NCBI GenBank assembly: GCA_963736115.1
Contig: CAVTNR010000003.1
Coordinates: 64,001-128,000, forward strand
From: an uncultured bacterium
Lineage (GTDB): Bacteria > Zhuqueibacterota > QNDG01 > DTFT01
Reading direction: 5' to 3'
Length of the DNA: 64,000 nucleotides
Made by a program: the position numbers and the translations under genes. The notes under the pieces were generated by a model. It had not been told where the DNA came from. It worked only from the letters and a program-made list of their open reading frames with translations, and made no database searches. Below are positions 10,056 through 19,800 of this stretch, piece by piece (positions within the stretch are counted from its first letter, which is position 1; each line of letters begins with the position of its first letter).

Positions 10056-11390
10056 ATGATAAAACGGATGTTATCCGTCATTCTGATTATGTCCGCGGTT
10101 GCCGCATCCGCGCAGAAAATCACGATCCAGGGCAACCGGTTTTACGAGGGGACGGCGCCGGTTTTTCTGAACGGAGTGAATACGCCCTGGAACAACTGGA
10201 ACGATTTCGGCGGCTCGTACAATCATGACTGGTGGAACGCGGAATTCATCCGCCTCAAGGAGGCGCACGTCAACTGCGTGCGCGTCTGGATTCATTGCGA
10301 CGGCGGCAAGTCGCCATCCACGGACGCGGAGGGAGTGGTGAGCGGAGCGTCGGAGGCATTCTGGACACACATGGACGACCTGATGGATCTCGCGTTTTAT
10401 CATGAGATTTATATTCTGCCAGCCCTCTGGTCGTTCGACATGCCGAAAACAAATGACCGGTATAAAAAAATGCTGGCGGACACGAACAAGGTCCAGTCCT
10501 ACGTCGATCATTTTCTGATCCCCCTGGTGGAGCGTTATGACGGGGCCCCTTACCTGCTGGCATGGGAAATCTGCAATGAACCTGAGTGGATTTTCGAGAA
10601 TCAAGGCGTTCCCCAGGCGCAGGTGGTTCGCATGCATGCCATGATCGCGGCCGCGATACACGAGCACTGCTCCGAGTACGTCACCACCGGTTCGGCCTGC
10701 GTGAAATGGAACGGATCGTGCTCGTCCTGCGTGGGCAATCTGTGGAGCAATGCGAGCCTGAAAAACGCGCATCCCCGCAAATCAGAAAACGCCTTTCTGG
10801 ATTTCTACCAGGTCCACTATTATTCCTGGCAGGATCCCTGGTTTAGCACGCCCATGGCAAGAACGGTATCCGCTTACGGCGTGCCGGACGATCGACCTGT
10901 TCTGCTGGGCGAGATGTCCGCGAAGGGAGACGCGGACCGCTACATCCGGCTTCACGAAAACGGCTTCGACGGCGGTATGGGGTGGACTTCGAATGGCGTG
11001 GACGACAACGGCTCGCTTGCGGATCTGAACCCGGCACTGGCCGCATTCTACGCGGCGTATCCGGATCTCGTGGACGCGACGCAGACAGGCGTGCAATCCG
11101 GAGACGCCGGGCCATCCGGATTCAGGCTCAGGAATTTTCCGAATCCGTTCAATTCCGAAACGGTTTTCTCATTCGAACTGCCTGAAGGCAGAGGCGTGAC
11201 TCTGACCGTTTACACCAGCCAGGGTCTGCCGGTGCGCACCCTGTCGCGCAAAGCACTTCCCGCGGGTCCGGCTTCGCTGAAATGGAACGGCCTGGATGAG
11301 AGCGGCAGGCCGCTGTCTTCGGGCGTTTACCTGTACCGTTTCTCCGCCGGGGACATCGCATCCGGGGGCAGGCTGGTTCTGCTGCGATGA
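10056..11390 (+). CDS. GH5 (endo-beta-mannanase-like) glycoside hydrolase with CTD
   Basis: Signal peptide; FLNGVNTPW..DFG, VRVWIHCDG, acid/base WEICNEPE, LDFYQVHYY, nucleophile LLGEM; CTD NFPNPFN..WNGLDESG..SGVYLYR. Confidence 0.8.
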   Translation: MIKRMLSVILIMSAVAASAQKITIQGNRFYEGTAPVFLNGVNTPWNNWNDFGGSYNHDWWNAEFIRLKEAHVNCVRVWIHCDGGKSPSTDAEGVVSGASEAFWTHMDDLMDLAFYHEIYILPALWSFDMPKTNDRYKKMLADTNKVQSYVDHFLIPLVERYDGAPYLLAWEICNEPEWIFENQGVPQAQVVRMHAMIAAAIHEHCSEYVTTGSACVKWNGSCSSCVGNLWSNASLKNAHPRKSENAFLDFYQVHYYSWQDPWFSTPMARTVSAYGVPDDRPVLLGEMSAKGDADRYIRLHENGFDGGMGWTSNGVDDNGSLADLNPALAAFYAAYPDLVDATQTGVQSGDAGPSGFRLRNFPNPFNSETVFSFELPEGRGVTLTVYTSQGLPVRTLSRKALPAGPASLKWNGLDESGRPLSSGVYLYRFSAGDIASGGRLVLLR

Positions 11391-11448
11391 TCGAATGCGG
11401 ACCAATCCTGTTCGGATGGTTTCCGGGATAAACGACAAGGACGACTGC

Positions 11449-12390
11449 ATGCGCTTAAAGATAAAAGCAATTTTCGGATGGATGCTGACGGCCTCGATCC
11501 TGTTCGCCGGCCCGATACCCGTTCAGGCCGCGGAAAAGGGCGGTTTGGAGGTTCCCGTGCGGTTCGGCAGGGTGGTTCCTTTAAGCCGTTATATCCGGCT
11601 TATCGCCCGGGGAAAAAGAATCCATCCGGATTCGCTGGCCGCGCTGAGATCCCGGGATGTCCGGGAGCTGAAAGTGGTTTTTCTGCGGGACAGCCTGGAC
11701 GTCAAGGACGGGCCCCAGTATCTGAAAATAACAACGGTCTCGACGGACGTGAACGGCAGGACGCTGGACGACGACACGCAGTACGCGATCACCTTCAGCA
11801 GGCTGGCCGACGCGGAAGCGGACCGGGTCCAACTCGAGCGTTTCGTGGATCAGGTGAATCCCATGGGCTTCTATAATCCGGAATTGATCGAGGGTGTTTC
11901 CGTTCAGGTCGATTCCCTCGGTCCCTGGGGGCATGTTTATGTCCGGGTCGAACCGGAGAACGAACTCGTCAAGTACTACGGCCGGATCCGGAACAGGCTG
12001 GAATACGCCATACGCGTGAGAGGCGGAAGATTCCAGACCGCGTTCACGCTCAGCGTTCCGAAAGTCCTCTACGACACCTGCGACGACGACTCCGTCGAGT
12101 ACGGCAAGACCAGCGCCATGCTCCGCATCAATGCGCTGCGCGGCGAGACCGGAGAGCCCTTTCCGGTCAGTGTGGGCTTCGGCACATTCGGCATGGACTC
12201 TCCGATCGATGTGTCGAGAAAAGGAGGCGGTTTCGCGTTTTCTCTCTATTTCGATGTCATCCAGATGTGCCGGATATTCGACATGAAACTGCCTCCTCGC
12301 GTCAACGCCGGTTTCGACATCTCCCCGTTTTTTCCGATAGATCACAAGGCCCGCATTTTGTTCAGCGCCCGGCTGGGCATCAATCCCTGA
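11449..12390 (+). CDS. Hypothetical exported protein
   Basis: Long ORF; AAGGA upstream of ATG 11449; signal peptide ending VQA; beta-rich C-terminus. Confidence 0.6.
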   Translation: MRLKIKAIFGWMLTASILFAGPIPVQAAEKGGLEVPVRFGRVVPLSRYIRLIARGKRIHPDSLAALRSRDVRELKVVFLRDSLDVKDGPQYLKITTVSTDVNGRTLDDDTQYAITFSRLADAEADRVQLERFVDQVNPMGFYNPELIEGVSVQVDSLGPWGHVYVRVEPENELVKYYGRIRNRLEYAIRVRGGRFQTAFTLSVPKVLYDTCDDDSVEYGKTSAMLRINALRGETGEPFPVSVGFGTFGMDSPIDVSRKGGGFAFSLYFDVIQMCRIFDMKLPPRVNAGFDISPFFPIDHKARILFSARLGINP

Positions 12391-12404
12391 AGGAGAATAG
12401 TCCA

Positions 12405-12809
12405 TTGTCAGCTGCTGAAGCACGCATTAGAAAAACCCTGAAGAAGGGCGGTCCTACGACAAAGCCCAAGTCAGGCCGAAGCTCCGCTCATGAAAATGAA
12501 GACGGAACCTATGCCCGGATTTTCAGTGTTGTCCGCCGGATTCCTGCCGGAAAAGTGACGACCTACGGCCGGATCGCGGGTCTTGCCGGATTTCCCGGAC
12601 AGGCCCGGCTGACGGGATACGCCCTGCACAGCCTGAAGGAGGGAACGGATGTGCCGTGGTATCGCGTTTTAAATGTGTCAGGCAGGATCAGTTTTCCGAC
12701 AGGTTCGGACGCGGAGGCGGTTCAGCGGTCCCTGCTTGAGGCGGAAGGCGTTGTTTTTAAAGAAAACGGATCCGTGGATTTGGAACGGTATGGATGGAAG
12801 AAGCGGTGA
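12405..12809 (+). CDS. MGMT-family alkyltransferase-like (ATL/YbaZ-type) protein
   Basis: VRRIPAGKVTTYGRIA..ARLTGYAL..VPWYRVLN..GRIS..QRSLLEAEGV. Trp replaces the active Cys (PWYRV). TTG start inferred from RBS AGGAG. Confidence 0.85.
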   Translation: MSAAEARIRKTLKKGGPTTKPKSGRSSAHENEDGTYARIFSVVRRIPAGKVTTYGRIAGLAGFPGQARLTGYALHSLKEGTDVPWYRVLNVSGRISFPTGSDAEAVQRSLLEAEGVVFKENGSVDLERYGWKKR

Positions 12810-12830
12810 TTCGATGATTGAAAACGGAAC

Positions 12831-12854
12831 AAAGGGACCATCAGGTCCTTTTTT
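12831..12854 (+). terminator. Intrinsic terminator between convergent genes
   Basis: AAAGGGACC-ATCA-GGTCCTTTTTT. Confidence 0.7.
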
Positions 12855-12855
12855 C

Positions 12856-12879
12856 GTAGGGGCGCCGCGTCGCCCCTAC
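12856..12879. repeat. GTAG-type REP palindrome
   Basis: GTAGGGGCG..CGCCCCTAC; related copies at 29488-29517 and 32942-32964. Confidence 0.65.
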
Positions 12880-12895
12880 ACATGTGGGACTTTTT

Positions 12896-13699
12896 TTACT
12901 CCACTCCCTTCAAGTGTTTTTTCACGATCCTCAGCATCTGCGGAAACACAGCCGTATTCGCAGACACGATGTTTCCTGTCTCCATGAAGTTCTGACCTCC
13001 CCTGAAATCCGACACAATTCCCCCGGCCTCACGTACGATCAGCACGCCCGCGGCCACGTCCCAAGGCTTCAGTTTCATCTCCCAGAAACCGTCATACCGG
13101 CCGCAGGCCGTATAAGCCAGGTCTATGGCTGCTGACCCCATGCGGCGTATGCCAGCGGATGCGTCGAAAATTTCCTCGAATGAGTCCAGATAGGGCCGCA
13201 GATACCGCTTGGAACGCCAGGGAAACCCGGACGCGAAGAAGCATTCGGACAGGCTTTTTTTGTCGGACACGCTGATCCGCGACCGGTTCCTGAAGGCGCC
13301 GCCCCCTTTGACTGCCCAGAACATCTCGTTATGAACCGGATCAAACACCACGCCCGCCACTGTTTCCCTGTCCACCGCAGCGGCAATGGACACGGAAAAA
13401 ACCGGAATGCCGTGCACGTAATTCGTGGTGCCGTCCAGGGGGTCGATGAACCAGCGGATTTCGGAATTGCCGCTGTCGGTGCCGGACTCCTCGGCCTGGA
13501 TGGAGTGATCCGGAAAGGATTTGCGTATGCGGCGTATGATCGCGGCCTCGGACTTGTGGTCGAGATCCGTGACCCAGTCGCCCGAGCCCTTGGTCCGGAT
13601 CTGGCTTTTTTTCAAGCCGCGGAAGCCACGGAGTATGATACTGCCCCCGATGAGAGCGGCGTCTTTGGCTGTGGAGAGAAGGTTGTCATGTTTCGTCAA
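12896..13699 (-). CDS. suhB: Inositol monophosphatase family protein
   Basis: DWVTDLD..SE, AEES, WFIDPLDGTTNYVHG, RRMGSAAIDLAYTACGRYDGFWE..LKPWDVAAG. Confidence 0.92.
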   Translation of the reverse strand: MTKHDNLLSTAKDAALIGGSIILRGFRGLKKSQIRTKGSGDWVTDLDHKSEAAIIRRIRKSFPDHSIQAEESGTDSGNSEIRWFIDPLDGTTNYVHGIPVFSVSIAAAVDRETVAGVVFDPVHNEMFWAVKGGGAFRNRSRISVSDKKSLSECFFASGFPWRSKRYLRPYLDSFEEIFDASAGIRRMGSAAIDLAYTACGRYDGFWEMKLKPWDVAAGVLIVREAGGIVSDFRGGQNFMETGNIVSANTAVFPQMLRIVKKHLKGVE

Positions 13700-13773
13700 A
13701 AAAGTGTTCCTCCTGATTCAAATCGGTTATCGCCGTTGACTGGTAGTTCGCAGTTCCATTCTCATTCATCAAA

Positions 13774-13799
13774 TGGATCCCCGCGGTCGCGGGGATGAC
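13774..13799. repeat. Short palindromic REP-like element ending ATGAC
   Basis: TGGATCCCCGCG-GT-CGCGGGGATGAC. Confidence 0.55.
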
Positions 13800-13859
13800 A
13801 TTGAGTATGGTTATGGGGATATACGCCGATTGGCGCAGAGGCTGATGATATCCGCCCGT

Positions 13860-16800
13860 TTACCTGAAATCCCCGGACAGCTCGAACGCTGCCCAGGCGG
13901 ACGGATGGCTGTCCACAGCGTTGCGGACGAGAAGCTGCGCCCTGCGGAGCGCTTCGGCCCTGGAATGACCGGCCCGGACATACCTGTAAAACCGTTTCAT
14001 CAGAACAGCGGAAGCCAGATCATCCACTTTCCACATGCTGGACAGAACGGACGGCGCGCCCGCGGTCATGAAACCCCAGGTGAAGCTTGAAACGCCGTGC
14101 TCGGTTCCGCCTTTTCCGAGACCGGTTTCGCATGCGGATAAAGCCACCAGCCCGCATTTGAGAGACGCGCCGAAAGCGTCCGCTGCGGAAAGACGGCCGT
14201 CATCCACCCCGGAAGGTGACAGGAGCAGGGCCGAGGACAGCGGTTGCTCCGGGACATATGAAGCGTGACAGGCGAAATGCACGACTCCAGTGGCCGCGGC
14301 AGCGTGATCCGAAAAGGTTTTACGTGTGGCGGACAACCCGGAGAAGGCATTCACAGCGCCGAAGGATCTCTTCAGGGAGCGGACCTCCTTGTCCGCGAAC
14401 GGTAGGTTCAGCCGCTCCTCTCCCAGATCGGGGTTGGCGGCCGCGAATACGGATCCCGAAAGCCGGCGGCCGGAAGGGCCGCGATCGGACCGGGCCAGAG
14501 AGAGGCGGAAGGCATCGGCCGACGGTGCGTATGAAATCGACCGGCTGTCGATCAGGGTTTCACCGGCCGCGTTCTGAAGCGCGCCGAAGGGAAGTCCTGC
14601 CAGAACGCCGTGCGGGACTATCACAAGACCGCTGATTCCGGTCAAATCCGCCGTGATCGGATCGATGAGTTTGAGATACAGCGCCTTGGCCTCGATATCG
14701 GGTGAAAGGTTGGATTGGATCGAGGACCGGAATTTTGATATCAAACTTTCCAGTTCCTCGAAAGGCTGATCGACCCGGCGCCAGCGCAATCCTTCCTTAC
14801 GCACCACGCAGATGAAGAGCTCCTTGCGGCCCGTGACGTATTCGATGAGGGCCGTGCTGTCCGGAAGAATCAGCCGTATGTCATCCGGCCGGCATGTTTC
14901 CACTGAAACGATCGAGGCAAGATCCGGATCCGATCGGCGCAGTTCGTCAAGCAGTGCGCGGTGTTCCGATTCGAGGCGGCCGAGTTCCCCGGCAATCGCG
15001 GCCGTTCCGGACAATGAATCCCCGGAATCCGTTTCGACCGCAGGGGAAGAGTCCCGCGCCGGGCGGTTTCGGGCTTCCAGAACAGCCGACTGGGACCGGT
15101 TGATCTTCTCCATCCATCCCCTGCGGCTGCCGGTAAAGAGATCGGAGCGGCCGGACAGGAGTTTCACCACGGGGAAAGCCTTGGCGCGCTCCGCGTAGGC
15201 GAAGGCCTCCTCCGGCCGGCCGGCATCGAGAGACAGGCGTATCGCCTCGTCGTACACGTCCTGCGGTTTTTCAAAATCCCCGAGCCTGAATGATTCCATC
15301 CCCTGGCCGCCGGCCGCATGTTCCGCCGCGTCCACGGCTGTCCGGATCTCCGCGAGCGACTCATCGGCCCGGCCCGACCGGGCGAGCCAAACGGCTCTCT
15401 GGCCGTACATCTGCCAGGCGAGATCCGCTCCGTCCGGGCCCGAGGACTCGGCGATCGCGCTGTCCAGCAGGGCCAGTCCGATACGGATGTCGCCGGAACG
15501 TTCGGTCGCGATGGCGACTCCGTACAGGCTGAGCGCCGCGTTTTTCCGATCCGACATGCCGCGGTACAGTTCAAGGGCCTTTGCGAGCAGAGTTTTCCCC
15601 TCAGCCCACCGGCCCTGCGCCAGAAGCACGCCTCCTATGTTCCGGCGGTCATAGGCGAGCCCGGACTGCAGATTGAGAGCGGAATCGATTTCCATGGCCC
15701 TGGTGAAATAGAAGAGGGCCCTGTCTTTCCGGTCCTCCCGAAGCGCAATCAGTCCCAGGTTTTTCAAGTAAGCCGCGCGATCCTCCTGAAGCCGTGGTTC
15801 GGTTCCGACCGCGTCGAGCGCCCTTTGTTCCGCTATTTTGGCCTGCACGGTATCCCCGAAGCTCAGATGGATGAGCCCCAGAGTGCCGTACGCCATGCCG
15901 ATCCGCTTTTGATCGCCCGAATTCCGGAGCGTGTCGAGAATGCGGTTCTGATGTTCGAGGGCCGTAGCCAGGCTGCCCATTTTCCAATGGACATTCGTCA
16001 GGTATTGCATGCCCTGGACGGTCTGCGGAAACCGGTTCAGCGAACGAAACAGCTCGATTCCTTTTTTCTGCAGGCTGAGAGCCTCGTCGAACCGGGAAAG
16101 CTTTTCGCAGGCAATGCCCAGGAGTTGGACACCGGACGCATGATCGAACCGGAGCCGGTTCTCGGCGCCGGGCCGGTCTTTCAGCGAATCCAGGCCGGCC
16201 ACGCCCGCGGTGAGGAGGGACCGGGCCTCCCAGGTGTCGTCCGCTTCGAGTCTGAACCGGCCTCTGAGCACAAGCGCCCGTGCCAGGCCGGCCAGGTCTC
16301 CGGACGACTGTCTCCGGTCCACCGCTTTTACCATCCATTCATCCGCTTGCCCGTACAGACGCTGGCCCGCGCGTATGAAGGCCATGTCCTCGAAAGCCGT
16401 GAATGCGTCTCCGTTCCGGCTGAGCGAATCCAGAAGCGCAATCTGTCGTTTTTTCGCGGTTGCGGCCGCTTCCGCGTCGCCCGCATTCATGTGAAAAACA
16501 GAGAGATTCCGGAATCCGGAAACCAGTCCGGACGTGTTCGCCGTTCTTTCGGCGCGGCCGAGCAGACGGTTCTGATAGAACACCGCCTTCTGCCAGTTTC
16601 TTCCTCTCATGGAGGAACGGACTATTTCCTGCTCGATTCTGGCGACCCCCACGGAATCGCCCATCATTTCAGTGAGCGACAGCGCTTTCTCGTAAACAAT
16701 GACCGCGTCCGCGTGTTCGGTTTTTTCCTCGAGGCCGCGCGCCTGCAGGACGAAACGCGCCTGATTTTCAGAGGCGAAGGCCGACCTTTCTTCCGAATCC

Positions 16801-19800
16801 ATGCCCGGGAATCCGATGAGACGGAACGCGGAACGGTCGCGGCTCTCGGGGTGCGCCGCCGCCGTGACAACCGCGGCTTTCCGGACCGCGGACGCGAAGG
16901 AAAGCGTGTCCACGGCCGAATAGAAAGCCCGCATGAATGTGCGCCGGATTTCCGGCCGGACCGGCCATGCGGTCCAGACCAGAGAGGGGGCGCCCGCGTA
17001 CAGAAAACCCCAGCTGAAGAGTTCAGGCGACCAGCCGGAATCCGCGGATCCGGACGCCGGAGGCAGAAAAACGCAATTCGCGGTCGCGTCTATCGAGAAG
17101 CATTCCTCGGCCCGGAAATAGCCGTCATCCGAAGAACCCGGCTGGAGAACGATGGAGGATCCCATGGGATCCTCCGGATTGGGCAGTATCCAGGTTGCGA
17201 TGTCTACGAAATCAGCGGATTTCAGCATGGATTTGAATTCCGTCTCAGTCGCGTCAGGTCCGAAGCGGGACGTTTCGGTCAGACCGGCGGACCGGCCCGC
17301 GCCCGCGAGACCACGGTCGGACGACTGGCCGAGCACGGCGCAGGTCCGCTGATTGATCTTTTTACGGTCCGACGCGAGACCGAGAAACGCGAGACTGGGC
17401 GCGTAATCCACGACCGCCCGGGAGACGGCTTCGGATTCCAGGACACGGTCGAAGGCCAGAAACCAGAGGGACTCATCCGGAATGACCGTGATCCGGCCGC
17501 AGGAAGCGAGCATGGGCGAAAAGGGCAGGACGAGCGCGCACAGGAGGCGGCGGGATGCGGAATCGGCCGGAGCGCCGGCCCGCAGGGAATCGGCCCAGGC
17601 CTGTACCGCGGAAGCGGTTAAGCGGCGTCCGAAAGGCAGAACAGCCGCGGCCACGGTGTCCGTAGAAGCGAACCAGGCTGTCGTCCGGTCCGGGCCGGAC
17701 AGATAACAGAGAACCCCCTCTCCCGGGCCCAGAGAAGCGATGCGCGCCTCAGCGTCCGGGGGGAGAGCGCCCGCGAGATAGGCGAGCAGGCCGTCTTCGT
17801 TTTCCAGACTTTGCATCTGGGCCGCGAAATCGGACTCGAGCCTTTTTTCCTCATTTTTCAGGCGTCTCATGTGGGAAGGCCGTGTTTTCAGAGCGGACGC
17901 GGCGAGAATCTCGTTTCTCTTTTCCGAGAGTAAAGCACGCGTGAAGCGGAGATTGCCCCAGGCGATTTTGTGTCTTTCCTTACGGAGATCCGGAGGCCGG
18001 CGCATGAGGATGTCGGCCACGCGTTTCTGCCTTCCGCGCTCCGCAATCCTGAGACCTTCGAGGGCGTTTCCCGAACGAACCAGCGCTTCGGACGCTTTTA
18101 CGTACAGATCACCGCGCGCCTCCCGGTCCATGCGACGGATGTCCGCGGTATTTTCCTCGATGGGGAGCAGTTCCAGCCTGTCCATCGCGGACCGGAAAAG
18201 GATGACGGCCTCGTTGAGCCGGCCGGAATCAGGATCCGCGGAGGCGGAGGCCAGCAGATCCGCCAGGCCGGCCTCGGCGCGCCACAGCATTTCGCCGTCG
18301 CCCAGGCGGATCAGCAATTCCCGGCTTTCGCGCAGTTTCGCTTCCGCTGAGGCGTGTTCCCCCAGGAACCGGTCGAGTTCCGCCGACTGGGCGAGCAGGA
18401 TGGCTCGGGTCCTGCCGTTCTCGCCCGCGAGATCGAGCCCCGCTCGGAACTGACGGTCAGCCTCGGATGTCCACGCGAGAGACTGAAGCGAGAGGCGGAC
18501 GGCCGCTTCAAGTGGAATCCCCTCCGGCTGTGAAGCGCATGTCCGGGAGAGCACCGTATACAGGGTTCCCAGGGTCCCGTGCGCCGAAGCCCGGTCGGAA
18601 GCGGACACGGGCGGATCCCCGGCCGCGGGGGAATGATTCCCGTCGAAACCCTCCAAAGCGGCTTTTAATATGTTTTTCGCGGCTGTAATGTCAGACACGT
18701 CCCCGTTCAGCGAGTACCGGACAACGGCCGCTGTGCCGAGGTTCACGGCATTGGCCCATTGGCCCGGGCCGTCTTTCGCCTTGAGAGAGGCTTCGTACGA
18801 CTCGCTGAAATGCCGCCAGGCGCTGTCATAGGCAGCGGCTTTGAAATGGAGGAGACCCAGCCGGTTGAGGCTGATTCGCTCGCCGAGGCGCTCCTTCCCG
18901 CCGCGGAAGAGTTCGAGACGCTTTTTTTCAGCGGAGATGGAAGGGCCGTACTGATTCAGCGATTCAGCGCTCCGGCTGATGAGACTCAGCACGAAAGCCA
19001 TTTCGTCGGCCGGGGTGAATCCCGCCGCCGAAGCCCTGCCGAGTTCCTCCATTCCCCAGACCGGAACGGAGAATCCGAACAGGCCGAGGCGCAGGTAGTT
19101 TTTATCGGGCTTGCCGGGCGAGATTTTTCGTCCCGCCATCAGGCTTTCCGCTTTCCGCGCAAACCGGAGGGCGTCTTCGGATTCCCCGAGCAGATGATAA
19201 TTGTAGGCGACGTTCCGGTAGTCGAGTTCCAGCCGGTCGAGACGGCCCGCGTTTTCGTCCTTTTGCGCGAGACTCAGATAGAGGGGTACGGCATCCTCGT
19301 ACCGGCCCGAGCGCTGGCGGAGAAGAGCCAAACGTCCCAGGCTGATCAGCGCCGCCTCCTCGCGTCCCATGGCGCTGTAGGTCGCCACCGCGGTTTCAAG
19401 ACACCGGGCGGAGAAATCGAAGTCGTCCATGTAGAGCGCGGCATGACCGGCGCGTTCGTGAAAAGTGGCCTTTTGCTCAAGTCCCGCGAAGACGGTGTCC
19501 AGATCCAGGCGGCGCTTGTAGTGCTGAAGCGCTCGGGTGTACCCGAATTCTCCGAGATGGTAGAAGTTGTTCGCCAGGTTCTGCGTGAGCGCGGTTTCCA
19601 TGGCCGGGTCCGCGCTTTCGTCGTTCAGCTCGATGGCCTCGGTGAGAGCGTCGATCGCTTTTTCCAGGTACCCGGTTTCCGTCCGCTTTTTTCCGAAGGG
19701 AAGGGCGCCGAACAGCCAGGTGGCCGGCGAGACCAGGGTTTTAGCGGCCCGAACCGCGACAGGCTGTTTCCTGGCCCTTTCCCGCTGCTGATGGCTTTCG

